This document shows, piece by piece, positions 51,109-62,740 of a stretch of DNA of 64,000 nucleotides. The position numbers and the translations under genes were made by a program. The notes under the pieces were generated by a model that was given only the letters and a program-made list of their open reading frames with translations, was not told the DNA's origin and searched no databases. The stretch lies in assembly GCA_030390025.1 (NCBI GenBank), contig CM059432.1, positions 5,766,001 to 5,830,000 of the forward strand. Direction: 5' to 3'. Position 1 is the stretch's first letter, and every line of letters begins with the position of its first letter. This DNA is from Squalus acanthias (lineage: Eukaryota).

Positions 51109-51945
51109 GAATCATAGAATCATAGAAATTTACAGCACAGAAGGAGGCCATTCGGCCCATCTTGTCCGCGCCAAGCTATCCAGCCTAATCCCACTTTCCA
51201 GCTCTTGGTCCGTAACCCTGAAGGTTACGGCACTTCAAGTGCATATCCAAGTACTTTTTAAATGTGATGAGGGTTTCTGCCTCTACCACCCTTTCAGGCA
51301 GTGCGTTCCAGACCCCCACCATCCTCTGGGTGAAAACATTTCTCCTCAAATCCCCTCTAATCCTTCTACCAATTACTTTAAATCTCTGCCCCCTGGTTAT
51401 TGACCCTTCTGCTAAGGGAAATAGGTCCTTCCTATCCACTCTATCTAGGCCCCTCATAATTTTATACACCTCAATTAGGTCTCCCCCTCAGCCTCCTCTG
51501 TTCCAAAGAAAACAACCCTAGCCTATCCAATCTTTCCTCATAGCTAAAATTCCCCAGCCTAGGCAACATCCTCGTAAATCTCCTCTGCACCCCCTCTAGT
51601 GCAATCACATCCTTCCTGTAATGTGGTGACCAGAACTGCACACAGTACTCTAGCTGTGGCCTAACTAGTGTTTTATATAGTTCAAGCATAACCTCCCTGC
51701 TCTTATATTCTGTGCCTCGGCTAATAAAGGCAAGTATCCCGTATGCCTTCTTAACCACCTTATCTGTCTGTCCTGCTACCTTCAGGGATCTGTGGACATG
51801 CACTCCAAGGTCCCTCTGATCTTCTGTACATCTCAGTGTCCTACCATTTATAGTGTATTCCCTTGCCTTGTTAGCCCTCTCCAAATGCATTACCTCACAC
51901 TTCTCCGGATTGAATTCCATTTGCCACTGTTCTGCCCACCTGACT
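51109..51945 (-). mobile_element. CR1 3' fragment
   Basis: WAEQWQMEFNPEKC...YKTLVRPQLEYCVQFWSP...VWNALP; attctatg tail. Confidence 0.9.
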
Positions 51946-53028
51946 GGTCCACCTGAGCACAGAAATCTAGGCTGACACTCCAGTGCAGTGCTGAGGGAGC
52001 GCTGCACTGTCGGAAGTTCTGTATTTCGGATGAGACGTTAAACCAAGGCCCCGTCTGCCCTCTCAGGTAGATGTAAAAGATCCAATGGCACTATTTCGAA
52101 GAAGAGTTCTGGCCAATATTTATCCCTCAACCATCATCGCTAAAAACAGATTATCTGGTCCTTAGCTCATTGCTGTTTGTGGGAGCTTGCTGTGCACAAA
52201 TTGGCTGACAAGTTTCCTACATTACAACAGTGACTACACTTCAAAAATAAGTACTTCATTGGCCGTTAAGCGCGTTGGTCCTGAGATTGTGTAGGGCGCT
52301 ATATAAATGCATGTCTATCTGTCTTTATCTTACTAACTGTTTGTGATGCCTGCACAGAAACAAATACTAATCCAAGGAATGATGACAGTAATGTGTTTTC
52401 TGAGCTGAAGGTTAACAAGAAAAAAACTACAGCCCTTTTTTAACTGGGAGCGGGATTCAGGCGGACGGGGTTGGGGAGGGGGGGAGCGGAATGAGTGCCA
52501 GAACCCCCCTCCCCCACCAAATTGGGCCTCATCCCGCCAGTCAGTTGACCGCCCGAAATGAGCAGCAGAAGACTGCTGGCCAAAGGAAGGCCCGCACTCG
52601 AGAAGGTCATTCAGGGGGATGGGGGGGGGGGGGGGGGGGGGAAGGGTCTCGCAAGAGCGAAGTTAGGGGGTTTGGGGGGGAGGGAGGGAGGCCTAAACTG
52701 TCCTTGTGGGGTCTGGAGAAATAGTCCTTGCTCCTCCTGGCCCCACAAGGGAAGTAAAACAAACTGACCTGAAATGGCCCCTTCTGGTCTCAGATCCTCT
52801 TCACCTGGAGGGCCACTCAGGCCACGGTTAAAATTGCAGTCGGATCCCAATAATGTAATTGGACCCGATCTGCATATTTAAAGGACCCCACCGGCTTCGG
52901 GTGTGTGCCATTGCCGTCTGCTCAGAAGAGCAGATTAAAATTGAGTGGTAATCAAGATCCAAGCTGGAAATGAGGGTTAAGATTTGAACTGCCTACTTGC
53001 CCAGTTGAGGGAATAAATACTGACTAGA

Positions 53029-54020
53029 ACACAGCAAACTCCCACAAACAGCAATGTGATAGTGACCAGATAATCTGTTTTAGTGATGTTGATTGAGGGA
53101 TAAATATTGGCCAAGACACTGGGGATAACTCCCCTGCTCTTCTTCGAAATAGCGGCCGTGGGACCATTTACATCCACCTGGCAGGGTAGATGGTGCCTCG
53201 GTTTAATGGCCCGTATTTTCCGATCCCTACGGGTGTGTACGAGCTGTGTACACACCCGTAGGGGCCTCGCAAGTGCCAGTTTCAGGCATACACAGCGCAT
53301 GCGCTGAAAACCAGCACTTCCGATCTGTCAAGAATCCTCCAAGCACGCCTGCCCTGGAGAAGGGCCTCTGCGGGTGGAGAGTTCCGCTTTCTGCAGAACC
53401 TCCGCCCGCTGAAAACCTTTAAAAATCTTACACCTGGTAAAAGTAGGCGTAAGGCCTGCTTTTACCAGCATAAGAGTTTAAAAAAGTAAAAAAATATTTT
53501 TTTTTCCACTCATAATTTAAAAATACTTTTAAAAAAGGTATGTTTATTTTTAGTCCCATAAAAACTTTAATTATTTTTTTCAAAAAATTAAATTTTTGTT
53601 TAAAATATTAATATAATGTAATTTTAACTAATTTTAAAAACGTGATTTAAAAAAAAAAATTATTTAATGTTTTGATGTGTTTTTTCAGTGATCTCCATTC
53701 ATACTTTTGCCAGGTCTAAGCTGAGAGACCTGTCAAAAGTGTGAAGGGGGATTCCCATCTCCCATTGGTTCCCCAGAGCCCACGTGATCCCAGGGATGCT
53801 TGCGAACTGCCTGCGCCCCTGGGATACGCGGACCTGGAGAGGCCCAGGAGCGGAAGAGTCCGGACCTCCAGAGCCCTCAGGTAAGGGCGTAGATTTTTTT
53901 CTAGATCGGAGGCCTCCGCACGCAGGTGAACAACAGCACCTCTGGCAGTGCAGCACTCCCTCGGTACTAGCACTGGAGTGTCAGTGTGGAATGCATGCTG
54001 CAGGTATTCTGGAGCGGGCC
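53029..54020 (-). mobile_element. DeuSINE interrupted by a one-ended MITE-like element (about 53208-53930)
   Basis: SINE pieces at 53029-53206 and 53933-54020. The insert starts ggcccgtattttccg and has CpG-rich arms around an AT-rich core, but no right TIR. Confidence 0.6.
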
Positions 54021-54530
54021 CTGAACCTCAACAACCTTCTTCAGCTCACTAGAGTCAAGAGGGCTACCATGCTGAGCTCCGGCTCCATGCTGTGAGCCCA
54101 TTCCCGTAACCACTAGACTACCATTCCCTAATGTCCCACACTGCCTTCAAGCATAGCTCCCCGCTTATAGTGCGGGATCATGGAATCACTTGACATGCAA
54201 AAATAAATTGACATTTAGTTTAGTTTATGCAGGCACACGGCTTACTGTGGTCGGCACCTCCGCAAGGTTATCACTTCTGCTTTGGAATTAGCATTTTATT
54301 TTTATTGGCTACCTCTCTGGTACGCACGCTGAATTTTAAAAAGCACACGTCCCTTATTTGCAGACTTCAAAAGAACTTTGAGGGCAAGGAGACATTTCAT
54401 TTACTTTTTTGATGTGTGAGATTAGCAAGAGCTTAACTGTTGGTTGTCAGTCATGCACTGAAATGTATTTATTTTTTTGAGCTGATTGACAAATGGAGAT
54501 TGGCTAACTTTACACAATGCAAATCCTCTG

Positions 54531-55290
54531 TGGGTACGGGTAGTGTAGTGGTTATATTACTGGACTAGTAAGCAAGTAGAACGTGAGGTTTTTAAAAATC
54601 TGTTTTTATGGGATGTGGGCGTCGCTGGCAAGGCCAGCATTTATTGCCCATCCCTAATCGCCCTTGAGAAGGTGGTGGTGAGCCGCCGCCTTGAACCGCT
54701 ACAGTCCGTGTGGTGAAGGTGCTCTCACAGTGCTGTTAGGGAGGGAGTTCCAGGATTTTGATCCAGCGACGATGAAGGAATGGCAGCCGATATCTAAGTC
54801 AGGATGATGTGTGACTTGGAGGGGAACTTGGAGGTGGTGGTGTTCCCATGTGTCTGCTGCCCTTGTCAAATCCCAACCACTGCAGTTTGGAAATTCTAAT
54901 TCAAATTTTTTTTTTTTAAATCTGGGAAGAAAAAACTGGTCCCGGTAAAAGTGACCATGAAGCTGTCGGATTGTCCTAAAAACCCAACTGGTTCACTAAT
55001 GCCCTTCGGGGAAGCAAACCTGCCGTTCTTACCCGGTCTGGCCTATCTGTGACTCCAGACCCACAGCAATGCTCCGACATTACAACCAAGACTACACTTC
55101 AAGCGTACTTCATTGGCTGTAAAGCGCTTTGGGGCATCCTGTGGTCGTGAAAGGCGCTATAGAAATGCAAGATTATCTTTCTTTCAATGTGGTTGACTCT
55201 TAACTGCCCTCTGAAGTGGTCTAGTGAGCCTCACGGTTGTGCTAGTGATGGGAAATAAATGCCAGCTTTGCAAGCGACACCCACATCCCC
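54531..55290 (+). mobile_element. SINE family B with a nested antisense LINE tail (54600-54866) and a nested DeuSINE tail (55072-55184)
   Basis: Head gggtacgggtagtgtagtggttatattactggactag. The DeuSINE tail is flanked by a caatg duplication. Confidence 0.72.
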
Positions 55291-55887
55291 AGAACTAATA
55301 ATATATAGTTTTTAAATATCCCTGGCACGAACATCCAGTGCTACTGTTACTATCACTTTTCAAGCGGTTTGCTTGAGGCAATCTATGAATAAAAATGACG
55401 GCAGAATTTTTTAAAAACGGCAGCGCAGATTAGGGAGCAATATCACTGCTTAAACTGTGTCTTCAGTTCCCAAATTCACTCTCACCATAGCAACTGCCAG
55501 AGCAAAGTACTTTTCAATTTAATTTGGAGCAGTGGTTATTAACTTTACAATTCAATGAAAAAAAGTTAATCTTATCTTCAGGAAATCTGTTTGACCCATG
55601 TCATTTAAAAAAAATTGTTATTTTACTCAGAAGATTGAATTGGTTTAAAACCGTGGCCTGGATTTCTCTCGGTCCCGCTCTGGCACCATAACTTCACCGG
55701 AAGCGTTGACGGTAAAACGCCGTTTATGCGCCTAAACCGCGTTTCAGGTCACGCCTTCTGGCAAAGTTACATCGGTGGAGCAGGGGCAGATCTGTGGAAA
55801 GTCCCGGCTCTTGTGTGAAAGAAAGAAAGATTTGCATTTATACAGTAGAATAGAGTTTCCGCTTTGGGTTTGCGCTTTCTGCTCAAG

Positions 55888-56196
55888 AGGCCAGAATTAG
55901 AGGAGCGCAGATATCTCGGGGGGTTGTGGGGCTGAAGGAGATTACAGAGAGAGAGAGGGGCGAAGGACCATGGAGGGATTTGAAAACAAGGATGAGAATG
56001 TTAAAATCGAGGCATTGCTTAACCGGGAGCCAATGTAGGTCAGCGAGCACGGGGTGGGGTGATGGATGAACGGGACTCAGTGCGAGTTAGGACACGGGCA
56101 GCCGAGTTTTGGATGAGCTCAAGTTTACGGAGGGTGGAAGATGGGAGGCCGGCCAGGAGTGCGTTGGATTAGTCAAGTCCAGAGGTAACAAAGGCA
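55888..56196 (-). mobile_element. L2 fragment
   Basis: Reverse complement of the L2 sequence at 26380-26690. Confidence 0.75.
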
Positions 56197-56547
56197 GGGA
56201 CCATTCAAAATCCACTCAATATAATGTAGCTACTTAGTTTGTTTTTGATTGGCTTGTATAAAAACAATTAGCAGGAGAAGTGCATCGAGCAGAAACCTGG
56301 GGGGTAAAAATTTACCGGCGCCCGAATTTGGGGGCGTAAGCAGCCGCAGTGCGCCCCTGAACCGGGAGCCCCGAGGCTGGGGTGAAATTGGGCCTAGTCT
56401 AAATAATCTGGTCGAGCCATCGGTGCCTGTCACGCCTCCCCAGGCAGCTCGTACCAACTCACTTAGGGCCTCAGGTTAGTGCTGGAGTCGGGGGCTGGGG
56501 AGGGGGGAGATAGGAGCGCTGTAGCATTGGGATGAGCGCCCCCTGCT

Positions 56548-57179
56548 TAGGCTTCCCAACTCTGGTTGGATGCATTCCTGGAGGGTTCATGACTTGGCCT
56601 CCCGCCTCCAACCGTACAACCTTTCACCCCCCGCCTCGCCATCTCCAATATTTTTGCAGCTAATAAACAAAAGAGGAGATCTTATTGAAACATGTAAGAT
56701 TCTGAAGGGGGATTGACAGGGTAGATGCTGAGAGGAAGTTTCCCCTTGTGGGGGAATCTACAACTAGGGGGCATAATTTCAGAATAAGGGGGGCACCCTT
56801 TTAAATCGGAGATGAGGAGGAATTTCTTCTCTCAGAGGGTCGTGAATCTTTGGAATTCTCTTCCCCAGAGAGCTGTGGAGGCTGGGTCATTGAATATATT
56901 TAAGGTGGAGATAGACAGATTTTTGAACGATAAGGGAGTCAAGGGTTATGGGGAGCGGGCAGGGAAGTGGAGTTGAGGCCAAGATCAGATCAGCCATGAT
57001 CTCATCGAATGGCGGAGCAGGCTCGAGGGGCCAAATGACCTACTCCTGCTCCTACGTCTTATGTTCTTATGTAAAAGTGTTCAAAGATATTTTATTCTCC
57101 CGGGTTGATGCAGCGTCCAGGAGATGAATCTGTAATTACTGGAGACTCCAGGGCAATCCGGGAGGGTTGGCGACCCCTA
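56548..57179. mobile_element. hAT-like MITE containing a CR1 3' end (56672-57071, + strand)
   Basis: Degenerate TIR taggcttcccaac / gttggcgaccccta; direct repeat ccccctgct at 56539-56547 and 57180-57188. Confidence 0.7.
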
Positions 57180-57294
57180 CCCCCTGCTCCGGGTGGCCGG
57201 TTGCTAGGCTGCAGCCACGTAAGGTAGACCCGGGGCGGAGTAAGCCCGTGAAACAGGGAGGAGCGACACGATTCGATTTCTACTCGGGGGGGGC

Positions 57295-57580
57295 GGGGGG
57301 GTTGTGGGGCTGGAGGAGATTACAGAGATAGGGAGGGGGCGAGGCCGTGGAGTGATTTGAAAACATGGATGAGAATTTTAAAATCGAGGCGTTGTTCAAC
57401 CTCTCTATCTCTCTCCTTCCTCCTTTAAGACGCTCCTTAACACCTATCACTTTGACCAAGCTTTTGGTCGCCTGTCCTAATATCTCCTTATGCGGCTCAG
57501 TGTCAAATTCTGTTTGATAATCGCTCCTGTGAAGCTCCTTGGGATGTTTTACTACGTTAAAGGCACAAATTGTTGTTGCT
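57295..57580. mobile_element. L2 3' end with an inverted upstream segment
   Basis: Minus-strand L2 piece at 57295-57399 is fused to a plus-strand L2 tail at 57400-57580. Confidence 0.7.
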
Positions 57581-57991
57581 CAATGTACTTCTCCTGCTAA
57601 CTGCTTTTAGACAAGTCAATCGAAAACAACCTAAGTAGCTACGTTACATTGAGTGGATAGAGAAAGGCAACGTGATTTTGAATGATCTACTTCACCCAAT
57701 GTATTGAAAGCTCAGCGCAATGAAACCCACGGACACCTAGGCGATGGGCACTAGCTGTTGGTGTCCGTGTTTTAAGAAGGACTGTAGCGCCACCAGTAAC
57801 TGATCCTAAAATGCGAGCCACAAGGTGACTCCCGGGGGGGGGGGGGGTTCCAGCCAATCCGCTGCACACAGAGCCCGGGACCATTGTATGGAATCACAGG
57901 ACACCGGATATTATCAGCCGCTTTACCCGCGCTCTCGTTTATAGCGTAAACCACGGGTTGATGGAGCACTTAGTCTCCCATTTTGTAACTT

Positions 57992-58790
57992 GGGCTTGGG
58001 CTGATAAGTGACAGGTAACATTCGTGCCACAGAAGTGCCAGGCAATGACTATCTCTAACAAGCGACGTCTAACCACCTCCCCTTGATATTCAACAGCATT
58101 ACCATCGCCGAATCCCCCACCATCAACATCCTGGGGTCACCATTGACCAGAAACTTAACTGGACCAGCCACATAAATACTGTGGCTACAAGATCAGATCA
58201 GAGGCTGGGTATTCTGCGGTGAGTGTCTCACTTCCTGACTCCCCAAAGCTTTTCCACCATCTACAAGGCACAAGTCAGGAGTGTGATGGAATACTCTCCA
58301 CTTACCTGGATGAGTGCAGCTCCAACAACACTCAAGAAGCTCGACACCATCCAGGACAAAGCAGCCCGCTTGATTGGCACCCCATCCACCACCTTAAACA
58401 TTCACTTCCTCCACCATCGGCGTACCGTGGCTGCAGTACCATCTACAAGATGCACTGCAGCAACTCACCAAGGCTTCTTCGGCAGCACCTCCCAAACCCA
58501 CGACCTCTTCCACCTAGAAGGACAAGGGCAGCAGATGCATGAGAACACCACCACCTCCAAGTTCCCCTCCAAGTCACACACCATCCTGACTTAGAAGTAT
58601 ATCACCGATCCTTCATCGTCACTGGGTCAAAATCCTGGAACTCCCTCCCTAACAGCACTGTGGGAGTACCTTCACCACACGGACTGCAGCGGTTCAAGAA
58701 GGTGGCTCACCACCACCTTCTCGAGGGCAATTAGGGATGGGCAATAAATGTTGGCCTTGCCAACGACGTCCACATCCCATAAATGAATAA
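57992..58790 (+). mobile_element. LINE 3' fragment (partner of SINE B)
   Basis: SHFLTPQSFSTIYKAQVRSVMEYSPLTW...; tail gggcaattagggatgggcaataaatg. Confidence 0.82.
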
Positions 58791-58900
58791 AATAAAACTC
58801 TAGGAAATGGTGTGAGAGCTCAATACCTTGGCAAGAGTATCTATTGGATCCTGGGCTCACTACAAGTCACCCAGACATCAGGTATGTGGGAGGTGAGACT

Positions 58901-59016
58901 CATAGAAACATAGAAACTAGGAGCAGGAGTAGGCCATTCGGCCCGTCGAGCCTGCTCCACCATTCAATACGATCATGGCTGATCATCCAAATCCAGTACC
59001 CTGTCCCTGCTTTCTC
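58901..59016 (-). mobile_element. CR1 3' UTR end
   Basis: Same subfamily tail as 1656-2055. Confidence 0.75.
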
Positions 59017-59017
59017 A

Positions 59018-59357
59018 CACAGAATCCCCACAGTACAGATAGAGGACATCTCGGCCCATCGAGCCTGCACCGATACATATCCCACCCTACCCCCGTAACC
59101 CCACGTATTTAATTCCCCCTAACATATCCCATCCTATCCCCATAACCCCACATATTTAATCACGAAGGGTCAATTTATCATAGCCAAATCAACCTAACCC
59201 GCACATTTTTGGACTGTGGGAGGAAACCGGAGCACACCCACGCAGACACAGGGAGAATGTGCAAACTCCACACAGACAGTCACCCGAGGCCGGATTCGAA
59301 CCCGGGTCCCTGACGCTGTGAGGCACCAGTGCTAACCACTATGCCACCGTGTTGCCC
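59018..59357 (-). mobile_element. HE1-like V-SINE
   Basis: Reverse complement of 28706-29016, with a short internal duplication. Confidence 0.87.
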
Positions 59358-59693
59358 ACTCACTGAGGGAGCAAGAGGAGATGGTCGAGGCAAAAGTGCA
59401 AATTGTAGCAGCCAACGTATCCTAAATGGTGATTCCATCGGGCAGGCGGGGGGCTAAATAAACCAAGGAAGTCCAATTTAGAAATAGAAAAAAAGTCATT
59501 GATAGCTTGCTCAGAAAATGATCGAAAGCCTGTCGGGATATTGGTTTCTTTTTCACAAGTAGCTTTGCTGCAGTCACACTGGTCAGACTTCATTTGAAGC
59601 CCTATGTTCAGTTTTGAGCTCATCACCTTCGGAAAGATGCACCGTCCCGTGTTGTATGGTGTGAAATACACTAAATAAATAGGATTTGTTACA

Positions 59694-61318
59694 GAAATCA
59701 GTATAAGTAAAGACATAGTGCTGGAGAAATTAATGGGACTAAGTGGCGACAAATGCTCTGGACCTGACGACCTGAATCCTAGGGATTTAAAAGAGGTGGC
59801 TGCAGAGATAGTGGATGCACTGGTATTAATCTTCCAGAATTCCCTAGATTCTAGAACAGTTCCCAAGGATTGGAAGGTAGCAAACATAACCCCGCTATTT
59901 AAGAAAGGAGGAAGAGAAAAAACGGGGAACTATTGGCCAGTTAGCCTGATATCAATAGTAGGCAAAATGCTAGAATCTATTATTAGGGATGTGGTAACAG
60001 GACACTTAGAAAATCATAATATGATTAGGCAGAGTAAACATGGTTTTATGAAAAGGAAATCGTGTTTGACAAATCTGTTAGAGATTTTGAAGATGTAACT
60101 AGTAGGATGGATAAGGGGGAACCAGTGGATGTCGTGTATTTGGATTTTCAAAAAGCATTCGATAAGGTGCCACACAAGAGGTTATTACACAAAATTAGGA
60201 CTCATGGGATTGGGGGTAATATATTAGCATGGATTGAGGATTGGTTAATGGACAGAAAACAGAGAGTAGGAATAAACGGGACTTTTTCGGGTTGGCAGGC
60301 TGTAACTAGCGGGGTACCGCAAGGATCAGTGCTTGGGCCTCAGCTATTCACAATCTATATTAATGACTTAGATGAAAGGACTGAGTGTAACGTATCCAAG
60401 TTTGCTGATGATACAAAGTTAGGTGGGAAAGTAATCTGTGAGGAGGACGCAAAGAGGCTGCAGAGAGATATAGACAGGTTGACTGGGTGGGCAAGAACAT
60501 GGCAAATGGAATACAATGTGGGGAAGTGTGAAGTTATCCACTTTGGTAAGAAAAACAAAAAAGCAGAATATTTTTTGAATGGTGAGAGACTGGGAAATAT
60601 TTGCATTCAGAGGGACCTGGGTGTCCTTGTACATGAATCACAGAAAGTTAACATGCAGGTACAGCAAGCAATTAGGAAAGCAAATGGTATGTTAGCTTTT
60701 GTTACAAAGGGATTAGAGTATAAGAGTAAAGAAGTCTTACTACAATTATACAGGCCACACCTGGAGTACTGTGTACAGTTCTGGTCTCCTTAACTAAGGA
60801 AAGACATACTTGCCTTAGAGGAAGTGCAATGTAGGTTCACCAGACTGGTTCCTGGGATGAGGGGATTGCCTTATGAGGAGAGATTGAGTAGACTAGGCCT
60901 ATATTCCCTGAGAGTTTAGAAGACTGAGAGGTGATCTAATTGAAACATATAAAATTATTAAGGGTCTTGACAGGGTTAATGCTGGGAAAATGTTTCCCCT
61001 GGCTGGGAAATCTAGAACACGGGGTCACAGTCACAGAATAAGGGGTCGGCCATTTAGGACTGAGATGAGGAGAAATGTCTTCACTCAAAGGGTTGTGAAT
61101 CTTTGGAATTCTCTACCCTAGAGAGCTGTGGATGCTCAGTCGTTGAGTATATTCAAGACAGAGGTCGATAAATTTTTGGGAACTAAGGGAATTAAGGGAT
61201 ATGGGGATAGTGTGGGAAGGTGGAGTTGAGGTAGATCAGCCATGATCTTGTTGAATGGCGGAGCAGGCTCGAAGGACCAAGTGGCCTACTCCAGCTCCTA
61301 TTTCTTATGTTCTTATGT
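59694..61318 (+). mobile_element. CR1 RT-to-3'-end remnant
   Basis: SGPDDLNPRDLKE...YLDFQKAFDKVPH...FADD...; frameshifts and stops; ttcttatg tail. Confidence 0.9.
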
Positions 61319-61346
61319 GTCCGTCGTTTCAGAGTGCCTCTTGTAT

Positions 61347-61705
61347 CTGAGGGAGTGCTGCACTGTCGGAGGTGCCGTCTTTCAGATGAGTCATTAACCG
61401 AGGCTCATCTGCCCCCTCAGGTGGACGTAAAAGATCCCACGGCCACTATTTCGAAGAAGAGCAGGGGAGTTATCCCCGGTGTCCTGGGCCAATATTTATC
61501 CCTCAATCAACATCACTAAAAACAGATTATCTGGTCATTATCATATTGCTGTTTGTGGGAGCTTGCTGTGTGCAATTGGCTGCTGCGTTTCCCACATTAC
61601 AGCAGCGACTACACTTCAGAAAAATACTTAATTGGCTGTAAAGCGCTTTGGGACATCCTGAGGTTGTGAAAGGCACCATAGAAATGCAAGTCTTTCTTTT
61701 CTTTT
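61347..61705 (+). mobile_element. DeuSINE, 5'-truncated
   Basis: Central domain and tail. Confidence 0.82.
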
Positions 61706-61808
61706 TCTTTTATAACGTAAAATGTCTGGGACTGTCGCGAAGTGTCGGTATTTTACGGTTATCGTCGTTTGGGAGTCTCTGCAGGACCAGGTTTCACTGT
61801 ATACCCAT

Positions 61809-62026
61809 TGACATGAATCTTGTCATTCATGTATGAAGTAATACTGGGCAGCCTGCCGGTGGCGCTGTCCAGGGAGAGTATAAATACTCGGGCATGGGCC
61901 CAGCTTGCTTAGGACATTCCTCAACAGGAACCAGTGAAGGACACAACTAGATCTCCATGTTGAAAAACAGTTGATTAAAGCTTTGTTTAATGCTTAGACC
62001 AAGTGCCTAATAGTTTTCTTACGTCA
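61809..62026 (+). mobile_element. Solo LTR-like element (218 bp), copy 1
   Basis: TG...CA ends (tgac...gtca), TATA-like tataaa at 61879, polyA-like attaaa at 61974, and 5-bp TSD cccat at 61804-61808 and 62027-62031. Confidence 0.8.
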
Positions 62027-62135
62027 CCCATCACTGTTCATTTGGACATCGTCGCGCTCCAATATATACCTTGAGCGATACAATGGTGGGGTGGCAGGGA
62101 GTGGGGGGAGATTTAAATGGTTAGCTCATCCTTAC

Positions 62136-62307
62136 CAATAACAGACACACATCCCAAAGGAGCGACCAGCGTGGCTGGGGCGAAACCATAGGCTGCAAAG
62201 TTCCCCAGCTCACCCACTCCCATCAAGAGGATTCCACACCACCAAAGCTTGCTCTTGTAATAGGGTGTTGGGCTTTCTTGACATAATAGTCGAACGTGCG
62301 TATATTT
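62136..62307 (-). CDS. NIPAL2: NIPAL2 internal coding exon (172 bp; probably exon 3)
   Basis: Reads cag|AAATATACG...GTTATTG|gtaagg and translates [57 protein letters not shown]. The [20 protein letters not shown] motif matches NIPAL2 as I recall it. Exon numbering is from memory of the human gene. Confidence 0.93.
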
Positions 62308-62740
62308 CTGTGACGGAGGAAACAAAAATTTGGGGATTACTATCAATAAAACACACTATTACCACCATCAAGGCCTTTAGACCTTAAACCACAAGACTGT
62401 CAGTAAATTAAAAACTGTTTTGGCTACTTTCAAATATACAGCTAAAAAGTTCTTTTGTAAGTTTTCAATTAAAAATTAAAATGCCGACAAAGTTTTATAA
62501 TGCAATTAAACGTCTCGGAACTTCTTCCAACAGCAGTGCAGCGAACACGGGATAGGGTAGCGTCTCACAGTAATATAACCTCCCACCCACCCCACATCCC
62601 TGCAAAACAAAATCACTGCTTCTGTCCACTCTCGGGTTAGGTGAATCTGATCAAAGCAAAGAGATCATCGAATGGTAAGGCACCATTTCGCTTATGTCTT
62701 ACTTTAGTGCGGTATAGTCAACTACAGATAAAAAAGCTGA

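Larger units (their letters stand above)
50129..52325 (+). mobile_element. DeuSINE split in two (50129-50209 and 51953-52325) by nested MITE and CR1 insertions
   Basis: The head ends ...caagagact and the body resumes tgagcacagaaatctaggctgacac. Confidence 0.72.

Noticed and set aside
62136..62307. Assignment to NIPAL3, NIPA2 or NIPAL1/4
   Set aside because: The [32 protein letters not shown] and QL.YPIFY-like motifs fit NIPAL2 best as I recall the paralogues. A phylogeny or synteny check would confirm this.
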